A DNA stretch of 60,423 nucleotides, counting the filler, from Thelocarpon superellum (lineage: Eukaryota): the NCBI GenBank assembly GCA_026025795.1. It is 6 parts of 6 records of this genome, joined end to end, with 100 filler letters (N's around TTAATTAATTAA, not from the genome) between each part and the next. Parts side by side here need not be neighbours in the genome. Positions count along the whole stretch, not along the records: positions 20,333 to 30,390 come from JAPEUG010000545.1; positions 30,491 to 40,427 come from JAPEUG010000547.1; 4 more parts are not named here. One strand, written 5' to 3'. The position numbers and the translations under genes are program-made. Of this stretch, positions 25,958 to 37,393 are shown piece after piece. The notes beneath the pieces are model-generated. The model worked only from the letters and a program-made list of their open reading frames with translations. It made no database searches and had not been told where the DNA came from. Numbering within the stretch: the first letter of the stretch is position 1; every line of letters starts with the position of its first letter.

Positions 25958-27087
25958 ATGGTGACGGAGAGTCAGACGAACGGGGACGTGCCCCACCATG
26001 CCCGCGCGACGGAGGGCAGCAGCGTCCCCAATTTCACGGTCAAAGTGGGTCTGGCGCAGATGTTGAAAGGCGGGGTGATCATGGATGTCGTCAATGCTGA
26101 ACAGGTGAGACTCCGTCGTCCCCCTCCCCTCCCCCCCGGGGGTCCACCTCTCAATTCTCACCTTTGTCGCGCACAGGCTCGACTTGCCGAGGAAGCGGGT
26201 GCGGCGGCCGTCATGGCGCTCGAGCGGGTGCCGGCGGACATTCGGGCGCAAGGCGGCGTGGCGCGCATGTCGGATCCGAAGCTGATCAAGGAGATCATGG
26301 AGGCCGTGACCATTCCCGTCATGGCCAAGGCCCGGATCGGACATTTTGTCGAGTGCCAGGTACGTCGCGGGCTCCGTCGGGCTCCTTCTCTCGACCTGCT
26401 CTGCTCACACACCGCGGTAGATCCTTGAGGCGCTGGGCGTCGACTACATTGACGAGTCCGAGGTGTTGACGCCGGCCGACGAGGCGCACCACGTGGAGAA
26501 GCACCCGTTCAAGGTACCGTTTGTGTGCGGATGCCGCAATCTGGGCGAAGCCTTACGACGCATCGATGAGGGCGCTGCGATGAGTACGTGAGGGCGAGGC
26601 TGGTTCATGGGCTCACCTGGCTGACACCGTGGTCTTAGTTCGAACCAAGGGCGAGGCAGGAACGGGCGACGTGATCGAAGCGGTACGACACACCCGCACC
26701 GTGCGGTCGCAGATCCTGCGAGCCTCGACCATGACGCCGGAGGAGCTGCGGGTGTACGCCAAGGAGCTGAACTGCTCTTACGCCTTGCTCGCGGAGACGG
26801 CGCGGCTCAAGCGCCTTCCCGTGGTCAACTTTGCCGCCGGAGGCGTAGCGACGCCGGCCGACGCGGCGCTCATGATGCAATTGGGCTGTGACGGGGTCTT
26901 TGTCGGCAGTGGCATCTTCAAGTCGGGCGACGCCCAGAAGCGGGCCCGGGCCATCGTGCAGGCCGTGACGCATTATCAGGACGCCAAAGTGTTGGCGGCC
27001 GTGTCGGAGGACCTGGGCGAGGCCATGGTCGGCCTGAACGTGAGCAGCCTGGCCGAGGGCGAGAGGTTGGCGAAGCGGGGGTGGTGA
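25958..27087 (+). CDS. PDX1: Pyridoxal 5'-phosphate synthase subunit Pdx1/Snz1 (PyroA)
   Basis: [80 protein letters not shown]; three introns. Confidence 0.97.
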
Positions 27088-27579
27088 GGGGTGACGGTCC
27101 AAAACATCGCGAGCCTGATTCAACTCCCACGCCCAGAGTGCCCGGTCACATGTTGCATTTCCGCGCATCGTCCTTGTACGACCCGTGGCGGTCCTCCTGG
27201 GTGGCCTGACATGTCTCTGTCACACTTGTCTACGGCGCATTCATCTGTGCTGAGGGTGGTGCCCAGTGAGATTCTAGCATTGGACGGGATGGGGATGATG
27301 AAGGATGTAGATACATTGAAAATTTCCTGTGACAGTTTGTGGTCGAGCGACGGTCATGAGAGCAAATCTCCAGGGTCAAAATAGGAATCGGTCGAGTCGG
27401 ATTGAATGATCCATCTAGTCACTTGGAAGGAGGCGTCTTTCGGGGGCCGCCAGGCACCAACACATGGAACCGAGTGTTACTCGCTCCGCCGGGCGGTACC
27501 CTGTCGGCCTGTGCTGCCTTTCGGCAGTCTGCGCGCCGACCAATCTCGAGCCAATGGCAGGTGGACCTTCGGGAGCTAG

Positions 27580-27592
27580 CACGTGATCAATC
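27580..27592 (+). promoter_or_regulatory. E-box element CACGTGATCAATC upstream of SEC61
   Basis: Identical 13-mer lies upstream of ANP1 (45643-45655); CCAAT motifs nearby at ~27540 and 27551. Confidence 0.4.
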
Positions 27593-27949
27593 GCGATGTG
27601 TCCTCACGCACCCAAACTGCCGGAGCGACGACGGAGCCGGCCGAAAATAATGTCAGTCGACGAAGAGAGCAGTTGACGAAGAGCGCTCTCGTGTGTAGCT
27701 GTTGAAGACAGCACATCGGGTACAGCAACACCGACGACCTCCATCACCACGTTGCCCCCCACTCTCTCTCCCTCTTCCTCTCCCATTCCCCTCGCCCTCT
27801 TTCCATCCTTTCCTTCCGGCCCCGTCATCTTCACGCGTCTGTCGATTGGCCTCGTTCCTCGAGCTGGAGGTGCGACCGGACGCCGGCTGTTTTTTGTTCG
27901 CGCGCCTTTCGCTTCCCTCGGTGGATCTTCACCCGTCCACACCGCCAAG

Positions 27950-29769
27950 ATGAGTGGCAGTAAGTCTCTGGATGGCGAGTGGTGTGGGGTGCCGTCATTG
28001 ACCGGATGCAGTTCGCTTTCTCGATCTCATCAAGCCCTTCACCCCCTTGTTACCGGAGGTGTCGGCGCCCGAGACCAAGACTCCCTTCAACCAACGACTC
28101 ATGTGGACGGGGGTAGGACGCATCCTTCCGCGCCGGTTTGGCATGAAGCGCACGAGATTGACGGTCGCGTGTTTTCTGTAGTTGACCTTGTTGATCTTCT
28201 TGGTCATGAGCCAGATGCCGTAAGTCGTCCTACGCACCCGTCGCTCGTGGAAGCGAGAGCACCTGCTGACCGGGCGCTGGTACAGGTTATATGGCATCGT
28301 ATCATCAGACGTATGCGTGGTCTCCCATCGCAGGTGGCTGAAGACTCATTGACTTGTGCATCAGACATCGGATCCATTGTACTGGCTCCGCATGATGATG
28401 GCCAGCAATCGGGGAACGCTGATGGAATTGGGCATCACGCCAATCATCTCGTCGGGCATGGTCTTTCAGGTGGGTAGGATGGAAGATGGCATGGGTCAGG
28501 CTGACAAGCGTTAGCTTTTGGCCGGAACGCACTTGATCGATGTCAACCTGGACCTGAAATCGGATAGGGAACTGTACCAGACGGCGCAAAAGCGTGAGTA
28601 CCCAGTCCTTGCACGTCGATGTCAGGACTAAGCAGCAGCAGTCTTCGCCATCGTCCTCTCCTTTGGTCAAGCGCTGGTGTACGTCCTCACGGGACTCTAC
28701 GGTCAACCGTCGGACTTGGGGGCGGGCATCTGCGTGCTCCTGGTGGTGCAGCTCGTGGTCGCCGGACTGATTGTCATCCTTCTCGACGAATTGCTCCAGA
28801 AGGGATATGGACTGGGCAGCGGCATCTCGCTCTTCATCGCGACCAACATCTGCGAATCGATCATCTGGAAGGCCTTTTCGCCCACCACCTTCAACACCGG
28901 TCGTGGGGCGGAGTTTGAGGGCGCCGTCATCGCGCTGTTCCACCTCCTCCTGACGTGGAAGGACAAGCAGCGGGCGTTGCGTGAGGCCTTTTACCGACAG
29001 AATCTGCCCAACATTATGAATCTGCTGGCGACGCTCCTAGTGTTCGCCTCGGTCATCTACCTGCAGGGCTTCCGCGTCGAGATCCCGGTCAAGTCGTCGC
29101 GTCAGCGCGGCATGCGTGGCTCCTACCCGGTCCGACTCTTCTACACCTCCAACATGCCCATCATGTTGCAGTCGGCTCTGTCGTCGCAGATCTTCCTCAT
29201 CAGCCAGATGCTCTACTCGCGCTTCTCCGACAACCTGCTGGTGCGCCTCCTCGGCGTGTGGGAGCCGCGCGATGGCTCGGCCCAGCTGTACGCCGCGTCG
29301 GGCGTGGCCTACTACATGTCGCCGCCGCTCAACTTCACGGAAGCACTGCTGGACCCGATCCACACGGCCATCTACATGGCGTACATGTTGATCGCCTGCG
29401 CCCTCTTCTCCAAGACGTGGATCGAAGTCTCGGGCTCCAGTCCGCGCGACGTGGCCAAGCAGCTCAAGGAACAGGGGCTGGTCATGGCGGGTCATCGTGA
29501 GCAGAGTATGTACAAGGAACTGAAGCGGGTCATCCCCACGGCTGCCGCCTTCGGTGGCGCGTGCATCGGCGCCTTGTCGGTGGCGAGTGATCTCTTGGGT
29601 GCGCTTGGATCTGGAACAGGAATCCTTCTTGCTGTGACGTGAGTGTCTCTCCCCTCACCCCTCTCGTGGCCCTCGCTCATCGACGGCCTTCAGCATCATC
29701 TACGGCTACTTTGAGATTGCCGCCAAGGAGGGTGACATGGCGGGGTTGAAGGGGATGATTACGGGGTAG
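27950..29769 (+). CDS. SEC61: ER protein translocon alpha subunit Sec61
   Basis: [20 protein letters not shown]..., [56 protein letters not shown]; about seven introns, with short exons of 10, 38 and 25 nt. Confidence 0.97.
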
Positions 29770-30293
29770 ACCTTGCCGTCACACCGCAGTCGGAATCAAC
29801 CCATCACCACATCCTCCACCCCAACCACCTCATCCACCCGTCTGCGTACCGACTTACCTACGCGTGTATCACCCATCCCATCCCGGCTAATGAGTCGTCC
29901 TACTCATTCAATCATCCAATCAACCAACGAAAGCGAATGAAAGAGGATGTAAGGAGAGAAGAAGTGGGAAAATAAGTGAGGGGGAAGAAACCATGTATCT
30001 ATACCTACAACTTTAGCAAGGGGAAGAATCAAACCACGGATCAAACGATGCGTTCGTTGGTCATTCGCTTTGTACACTGGGAAGGAGACTAGTACGATGG
30101 TGTATGGCAAGACGGCAAGGAGGCAAGTAAAGGAGTAGGGAAGTAAAGGAGTGAAGCCCACCAATTCTACGTTCTATAATCCCCGTTGATGGAGATGTAA
30201 TCGTGAGAGAAGTCACATGTCCAGTACACAGCTTCTTCCCCTCCCTTCTCCTCTTTTCCCCTTTCCGAGCGCCACTCAGTGTCTTCATCCTGG

Positions 30294-30337
30294 GACCGCG
30301 ACCGCGACCGCGACCGCGACCGCGACCGCAACCGCAC
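30294..30337. repeat. (GACCGC)n hexamer tandem repeat
   Basis: About seven copies near the contig end. Confidence 0.85.
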
Positions 30338-30390
30338 CAGGATCTCCAGATCCTCCTTGGCTAGGATGGCAGCCGCGAGTGTCTCGTCCA

Positions 30391-30490
30391 NNNNNNNNNN
30401 NNNNNNNNNNNNNNNNNNNNNNNNNNNNNNNNNNTTAATTAATTAANNNNNNNNNNNNNNNNNNNNNNNNNNNNNNNNNNNNNNNNNNNN
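30391..30490. other. Artificial contig-join spacer
   Basis: N44-TTAATTAATTAA-N44. Confidence 0.99.
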
Positions 30491-30666
30491 CGGGGGACGG
30501 GCAAGATCGGCTAACTAAACTAAGTCGGGACGCACGGAGCGCCTTCCGATTCTAGTGGCGCGTCTGCTTGGACGTCACCCGCCGAGGCCAATGTCGTGCC
30601 TCTAAGCAGATCAGCAAATGGCCGTTGGGTCAAGACCACTCCCAGATGCATGCGGGATGGACCAAG

Positions 30667-32347
30667 ATGGTCATGAGCAAGGCTCCCGGCGACAGGAGCA
30701 ATACCAAGCCCACGAGCAACGACGTGCGAAGCGAGTATGAGCCAGTGGAACCCGTCGACAGTAGGGAGGCGCTGCTTCCCGCCGAGACGCATGGGCAAGA
30801 CTCGGCGCCGGTGCATTATCGCGTGTACAAGAGGCGTTGGTTTGGATTGATCCAATTGGTACTTTTGAATCTGATTGTCAGCTGGGATGTGAGTCTCCAA
30901 TCGTCCTACCTCCAACTCGCCCTTGCATAGGCGGTTGACGGGGATTGATAGTGGCTATCGTTTACCGCCCTCTCAAATACGTCCGCGAGTTACTTTGGGG
31001 TGAGCGAGACAGCTATCAACTGGTTGAGCACGGCGTTCCTCTTCGCCTTTTGTGCTGTGAGCCCGTAAGTTTGACGGCCGGATCGTAAGTCAGACACATG
31101 CGACCCTCGCTAACCCCATGGGCATACGACAGGTTCGTGCTGTGGACAATCAATCGAGGAGGTCCGAAGGCGGCCATCATCATTGCCAGCGTCCTCATCC
31201 TGCTGGGCAATTGGATTCGATATGCTGGGACAAGGACGACGGGCGGGCATTTTGGGGTGGTCATGTTTGGCCAGATCGTGATCGGACTGGCCCAGCCATT
31301 TGTGCTCACGGTGCCGACGCGGTATTCCGATCTCTGGTTTACGTCTCGAGGCAGGATCTCGGCCACGGCGCTGGCGTCCTTGGCCAATCCATTCGGTGGA
31401 GCGGTAAGGAGCTGTTCCTTGAGCGTGTGGACCAGTGCTAACGACCATTAGCTGGGGCAATTGATCAACCCGTTTTGGGCCAGCGAACCCGTTGATATTC
31501 CCAATATGGTTCTCTATGTTTCCATCATGGTACGTTTCTCTTTCAGCATGCGAGAGACGCATGGTACTCAGAAGACCCACAGGCAACGATCGCGTCGATA
31601 CCCGGCTTCTTCATTCCAGCAGCGCCGCCATCGCCACCTTGTGCCTCCGCCGCCCAAGAGAAATATCCAGTCGGCCAGTCTCTTAAAGCCATCGTTCGCT
31701 CCGTGGAGTTCTGGCTCATCTTCATTCCCTTCTCGGTCTACGTTGGATTCTTCAATGCTTTCTCAACCCTGCTCAATCAGATCCTCAGTCCCTACGGCTT
31801 CACCGAAGTACAAGCGGGCATCTGCGGCGCGCTACTCATCGTGGTGGGCCTGGTCGTGTCCGCCATTACATCATCCATCTTCGACCGGCACAACCTCTCC
31901 CGACGTGCCATCAAGGTCCAAGTCCCCATCATCGGGCTCTGCTATCTAATCTTCATCTGGGCGCCCGGCACCCACACCCTCGCAGCACCCTTCATCATCT
32001 CATCCGTCCTGGGCGCCGCGTCTTTCAGCCTGCTGCCACTCGCGCTCGAGCTCCTCGTGGAGCATGCGCACCCCGTGTCGCCCGAAGTCACCAGCGTCGT
32101 GTGCTGGACCGGCAGCCAGCTCCTGGGCGCCATTTTCCTGCTCATCATGAACGCGCTCAAGGACGACGACTCCGCCGACCCCCCTTATAGCATGCGTCGT
32201 GCCTTGCTCTTCGAAGCCGCCGTCGCCTTGCTCGTTGTCCCGCTCCCGCTGTGTCTTGGCTGGTTTGGAAGGGCCGCCAACGCGAGATCGAAGCGTGCGG
32301 AGGTAGATTTAAGCGTTATGAGACCTTCACAGCTGAGCTCCTTGTGA
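30667..32347 (+). CDS. MFS transporter, FLVCR/SLC49-like
   Basis: [42 protein letters not shown]...[30 protein letters not shown]; multiple TMs and four introns. Alternative ATG at 30646. Confidence 0.9.
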
Positions 32348-32667
32348 TCCCTGTGACGAGTTGGGCGTTCAGTAGCGAAGGACTCCTCGATACCCTAGTC
32401 GATGTCGGCGTGAATGTATCTATGTGTGCAGGTATCGGACAATTGTCCATGTCAATGGCGGCGATAATGGAGATCTGTATAACGCATTGTAGGATACGAG
32501 TACATGCACGTTATACCATCTGCTTTCGTCTCTCTTCTTCCTCCCTTCTTCCTTCTCCCTTCCCTACATCTTCCCCGTCTTCATTCCTCGTCCGAGGACA
32601 TTTCGATGCGTCGATGGCGATAGGGAGGACCAATGCAAGGGCAGGGTTGAGGTCGAGGCGGCGTGAG

Positions 32668-33263
32668 TTACTTCAACGCCGCGAACAGCTTCGGAGCCGC
32701 GCATTGGCCGGCGCAATGCGCTAGGTGGAAGACTAGATGGACGGGGCCCTGTCAGAGGAGAAAAAGGAAGGAAGAAAGGATGGAGATGGAGATGAAGGCA
32801 ATGGAATGTCAACTCACACTCCTCGACGCAATCTTCCTTGGGACCCTTATGTGCCTCCTCGCTCTGCGAATGCTCCGTCACTCGCTCCACGCACTCGTCG
32901 AAATGGTGTTTGTAGGGTGCACAGCCCTTGGACTCGGCGCACTCTAAAGGATCACGATTCATCAGTCTCCTGCTCCATCACATCGTCGTCGCGTTCATCA
33001 CCATCATCCACCGTCAAGGAGGCATCAGAAAGGTGACACAAGCCACGTCACTCACCCTCTTCAATCTTGGGCTTCAGATCCTCGGGCTCCTCTTCTTCTT
33101 CCTCCTCTCCCTCCTCTTCTCCTTCCTCTCCCTCCTCTCCCTCTTCCTCCTTTCCCTCCTCGTCCTCCTTGCCCTCGTCGTCAGCGGGTGGACTCTCCGC
33201 CTGCACCTCCGGCACGCTGAACGCCGCGGCGTACACGTCGGCCCACAGGCCCGCGATCCCCAT
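32668..33263 (-). CDS. QCR6: Cytochrome bc1 complex subunit 6 (hinge protein)
   Basis: Highly acidic N-region, then EPEDLKPKIEE / ECAESKGCAPYKHHFDECVERV...EDCVEE / FFHLAHCAGQCAAPKLFAALK; two introns. Confidence 0.95.
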
Positions 33264-34361
33264 AGCGCCGACCGGACTCGCGGGGAGGGGAGAAGAGGTA
33301 CCGAAGCACGCACGAACCGATGCAGGGAACGTACGCGTACTACTTACGTAGGGGCCACCGAGGCAGAGTAGTGACGGCCGTGGGCTGCGCGATCGGTTGC
33401 AATGCGGTGCGGAGCGGGCGTATCGGGCACCTCTGCAGGGAGGAAATCGTGAGGTTGAGGTCGTCAGATCGATGCGGATTCGCTAGAGGTTGGTTGATTT
33501 AGTTGCGAAAGTACTTCGTACTGCGTCCGTTAGTTGATTAGGTTAGCCAGTTACGGTAACATAGTTAAGCATCCAAGGCGCGGTGCTGCTTGTGCGACGT
33601 GCTTGGTTACGAGAGACGCGACTCTACTCGTCCGGCATGACTACGAGGGCTGCGGACGGAGCTGGGAGCAATGAACGAACGAAAGTAACAGTAACATAGT
33701 ACTGTTCCAACGTACGTTACTGACTACTACGGCGGTCGTCTTCGTAACTACTAGAAGTCGTAATTGACTGACCTTGCAGTAGCGCACCATACGGCCACCC
33801 ACCTGCGCACTATGAGCAGCGCAGGAAGGTACTTTGTGCGAGTCCTCGTAACCACAAGTGTGGTACGGGTGGTGGCAAGGGTGAGTGGGGCATGACCGCG
33901 GTATGTCGTTTTTCATTGGCAGCGGAAGGCTTGGCACATGTTTTCGGGATGGCGGATTGCGGATTGCGGATTGCGGAGTGAGTGGTCCCGCTGTAGCCGC
34001 AGATCAAAGTGCCGGTGGCTGGCTACTCGAAAGAGGAAACTCCCCTGCGTCAAACCGGTGTCAAAGCCGGTCGTGCGGTGGAGACAAGTACGGAGTGACA
34101 TTGCAGTTCGTCTTTGTGTCAGACAATGCCACTCACATCCCGGTCCACTCTACCCGCAGACATAATCATATATTTGCTTTTCATAGAGTACCTAATTTCA
34201 GTGGACCACGTTACGCTCGCGCTATTCTCTTCATATCACGAGTGCCTCCCAAGCCCATCAACACCCCTCTGCGTGAATGGTGAGACAATGCGTGCGAAGG
34301 TCAGAAGCCCGACCCCTTTCACATCTACTGCTGGTAGTAGGACATCATCCCGGACATTATG

Positions 34362-35178
34362 CTATGATGTGACCGTATCGGTCATGGACTCGTCATAGGC
34401 CGGTGGCGGTCCCCTCGGAACAGTCGAGCTCGCCGTCATCCGCGATCGCGTCTGCTCCGGGGGCAGTGATGACGTCGTTGAGCCAGTCTCGTACGCGGGT
34501 AAGTCGTCGAGATGAACGCCGTTCAGATGGAGCGATGCATGTGGCCCGTCGCCCGTGATCTCGCCGTTGGCCCGCGCGTCGTGGATGGCGTCGCCCACAC
34601 GTTCGCGCAAACGCACAAAGGTTTGGTGAAAGTCATACGCCCCACCCTCGTTGAAAGTCAGCTTCACCTGCAGATAGCGCTGCTCGCGGGGAAGGCCACC
34701 GCCAGTGGCCGTCCGCAAGACACTCGTGAAGGCGTTCGGTCCGAGGTATGGCACCACGATGCGCCCATCATAGACGTTCTCGAGCGGCGACGCGAGCGAC
34801 GAAAAGCTACTCGTAGGTGCGTCAGGGAGATAGATGAGCTGGCGAGCCTGTTCAGTCCCTGTGCTTGCCACTGCTTTCCCCAAAGAGGTGCGCACTCACT
34901 CGTCGGTTGGTGAGATGGACGTGGCCATGATTGCACTTCAGGTTGTTCGCCAGCTTGCCCGGGAGTCCCGCCGCCGAGTCAACGTCGAGGGACGTCCGCG
35001 CCGGAGAGGTGTACATCAGCTGTTCCCCGGGGAGCGGCACAAATCCCCCGTCCCTGGTCAACATCACCCAGCTGCAGCCCCGCACCTTGGGGTCAGCATC
35101 GCTCTCCCCTCGGCGTGGCGGTGCGGAGAGACGGAGGGCCGGGAGCAACGAGACGAGGGGGACTCACTTCAACGACAT
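34362..35178 (-). CDS. WW-domain-binding protein 2 (WBP2)-like PH/GRAM protein
   Basis: MSLN / WVML...FVPLPGE, HLTNRR / LIYLP, KLTFNEGGAYDF, with C-terminal LPAY and PPPAY motifs; two introns. Confidence 0.85.
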
Positions 35179-37393
35179 GTTCTCGTCCAAGACGTGGGGC
35201 ATGGAAAGACGCGAGAGAAAGGGTCAAGAAGGTGAAGAGTAGGGTGTGAGGAGGCGAGAGCGGCCGAGGACACGGCTTTTATTCTCGGAGCGCGGTTGGA
35301 TCTGAGAGCGCGCCCGGAGGGACCGAGGATGTCCGACGTCTGGTCGCGGAGTAGCCCAGCGCTTTCCGCGCGACAACGTTGGCACCCGTGGCGACTGGTC
35401 CGTGGCGGTGGCACCGCGGACAATTCCGAGAGCCGTTGCGTTGGTGATGGCACTAGACGAGGAGCCCGGTCGTCGGGCTGCATGCGAGAACGGGTTTTCT
35501 GATTTGGGGGAAGCCAGGCGAGCAATCGTCCTCGACTAGAGAGTTGGACAGGCCTCGGCGTGGGACGACCCCATGGCTCGGATTCGGTCCGTGCGATCAG
35601 GTCAGGTCAGGTTACACAGGGGTGACGCCGCCGCCGATCGCGGACCGGGAGGGGGGAGGGGAGGGGGGCTTGGTTGGACCGGCGGAGGCCGTGGTGGTGA
35701 TGTTGCGCGGCGCTGGTAGGTCGGTCCTAACTGGAGACTCACTCGAGATTGGCGACGCTGGAAAGAGCGTGGGGCCAGATGGCGCTTGGGCGAGGATGCT
35801 GCCACCGCAGGCTGGAGGGGCGAACAGGGAGCAGCGAGGGCAGGAAAGTGGGGTGCATCCGTGGAGGTCCAGGGCAGAGGGAGACGGAGCCGGCGCACCG
35901 ACAGGTGCTGGCGTCATCGTGGGGTCGAAGGGCGGCCCTCGCCCCTCGGTCCTGGCCCCTCTCTCCGATCACCTGCTCCTCTATGCTCACCTGCCGCGCG
36001 TGCCCCAATCATCCGCGCCGCCCAAGGAGGGGGAATGGGATTTAGCGGCATGGTGACGAATGAACTCTCGGAGCCGTTAGCCTTGGACGGGTGCGACCGG
36101 CAAGTCGGGATAGTACAAAGGGTGGAGGAATCGTGACTGCCCGTAGCTTGGCAGAGGGGCCCCGGAAGCTCTCCGGGAGCTCCCAAAAATCAAGAGGAGG
36201 CACAGGCACGATCGGAGGAGGAGGATTAACGAGGTTACAAACACCCAAAGCGCTTCTGCCAATTGTATGATGGGTCATGCACCATCGGTACTTTGGCCCA
36301 CATCCATTTGCACTGGCCGATGCATGACTGCCCCAATCCTCAGTTGCACCCTCAACACAACCATATCGACCTTGAGCTATTTGAGCTACTGCAGGAGAAG
36401 ATCACAGATGCCTTGGCCTCCTTTCTGAGCTTTTATGCGATTATGCAGCTTGTTTGTGCACCGGTTTGGGTTGCAGGTCACTTCCATGGTGTGCCGAACT
36501 TGAAAACGCCAGAGACGTTTTGCGTTAGTGTGCGACGACAAAGGTCCATGGAGTCTAGAGTGCGCCCCACCACCGCCGACCGGTCAGACCGACGAGGACC
36601 GGTCCAGTAGTTCGAGTCCCAGGTCCCGACCTTCCACGTCTGGCTCCCGGCGGCATCATGAGCGCCATGACTAGCTATTGATTGGTCGGGTCTGGGGGTG
36701 ATCATGCCCGGCTGATGGGTGACACATCCGCGCCCCGCCGAACGGTCGCAGTCCGTTAGCGATCCGCTGCGACCGGACCGAGCGAAGCGACCAGGGTGCA
36801 GCAGCACACGAGACCTCCAGGCGCTCGAGGCGTGCCATCGCTTTACCCTGCTGTGACCAAGGCTACGGCGCGAGGCCTTCGCGATCCGAGCCGAGCGACT
36901 AACGAGTAAGGGCGAGAAAGCTGGAGGCAGCGGGCGTCCCCTCCGGCAGGCCTTGTGCATCGGCGGCAGCCTCCACGGTTCTCCCCCCAGGTCCTCCCCC
37001 CTATCGCTGCCCTTCGTTCGTTGGTTGCCTACGAGTAGTGTTGCAGGCTCGCCCTGGCTGGCTGCATCTACGAGTAGCTGCCGACCGACGGCCACGCCGG
37101 TTCCCCCAGCGCCAACAGCAACATCGAGGTACGGAAGGACGGGGAGTCCGTGGTCGCACGCGTACAAATATCCCCGACCCCTCAGGCGCGACCCGGCATG
37201 TTTAGGACTGTTGTTCCACCCTTGATGATCCTTGAGGCCAGAGATTGCGATCCGCTGCTCTGGTCGCATGGCCCTTCCCACGACGGCCGCAGACCACGAG
37301 GGGCAGGGTGCTTGCGCGTGATCTGGTCGGCCCCCACTCTGCCAGGCACCGCCCCCGCCTCACGGCGACGGTCATCGGTACCGCCGGGACGAG

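Noticed and set aside
33500..33790. TpA-rich stretch upstream of QCR6 as a RIP-mutated transposon relic
   Set aside because: Short, not strongly AT-rich, with no repeat partner or transposon ORF remnant; more likely promoter DNA.
36600..36635. GTTCGAGTCCC resembling a tRNA T-loop/B-box
   Set aside because: Flanks do not form a T-stem or cloverleaf.
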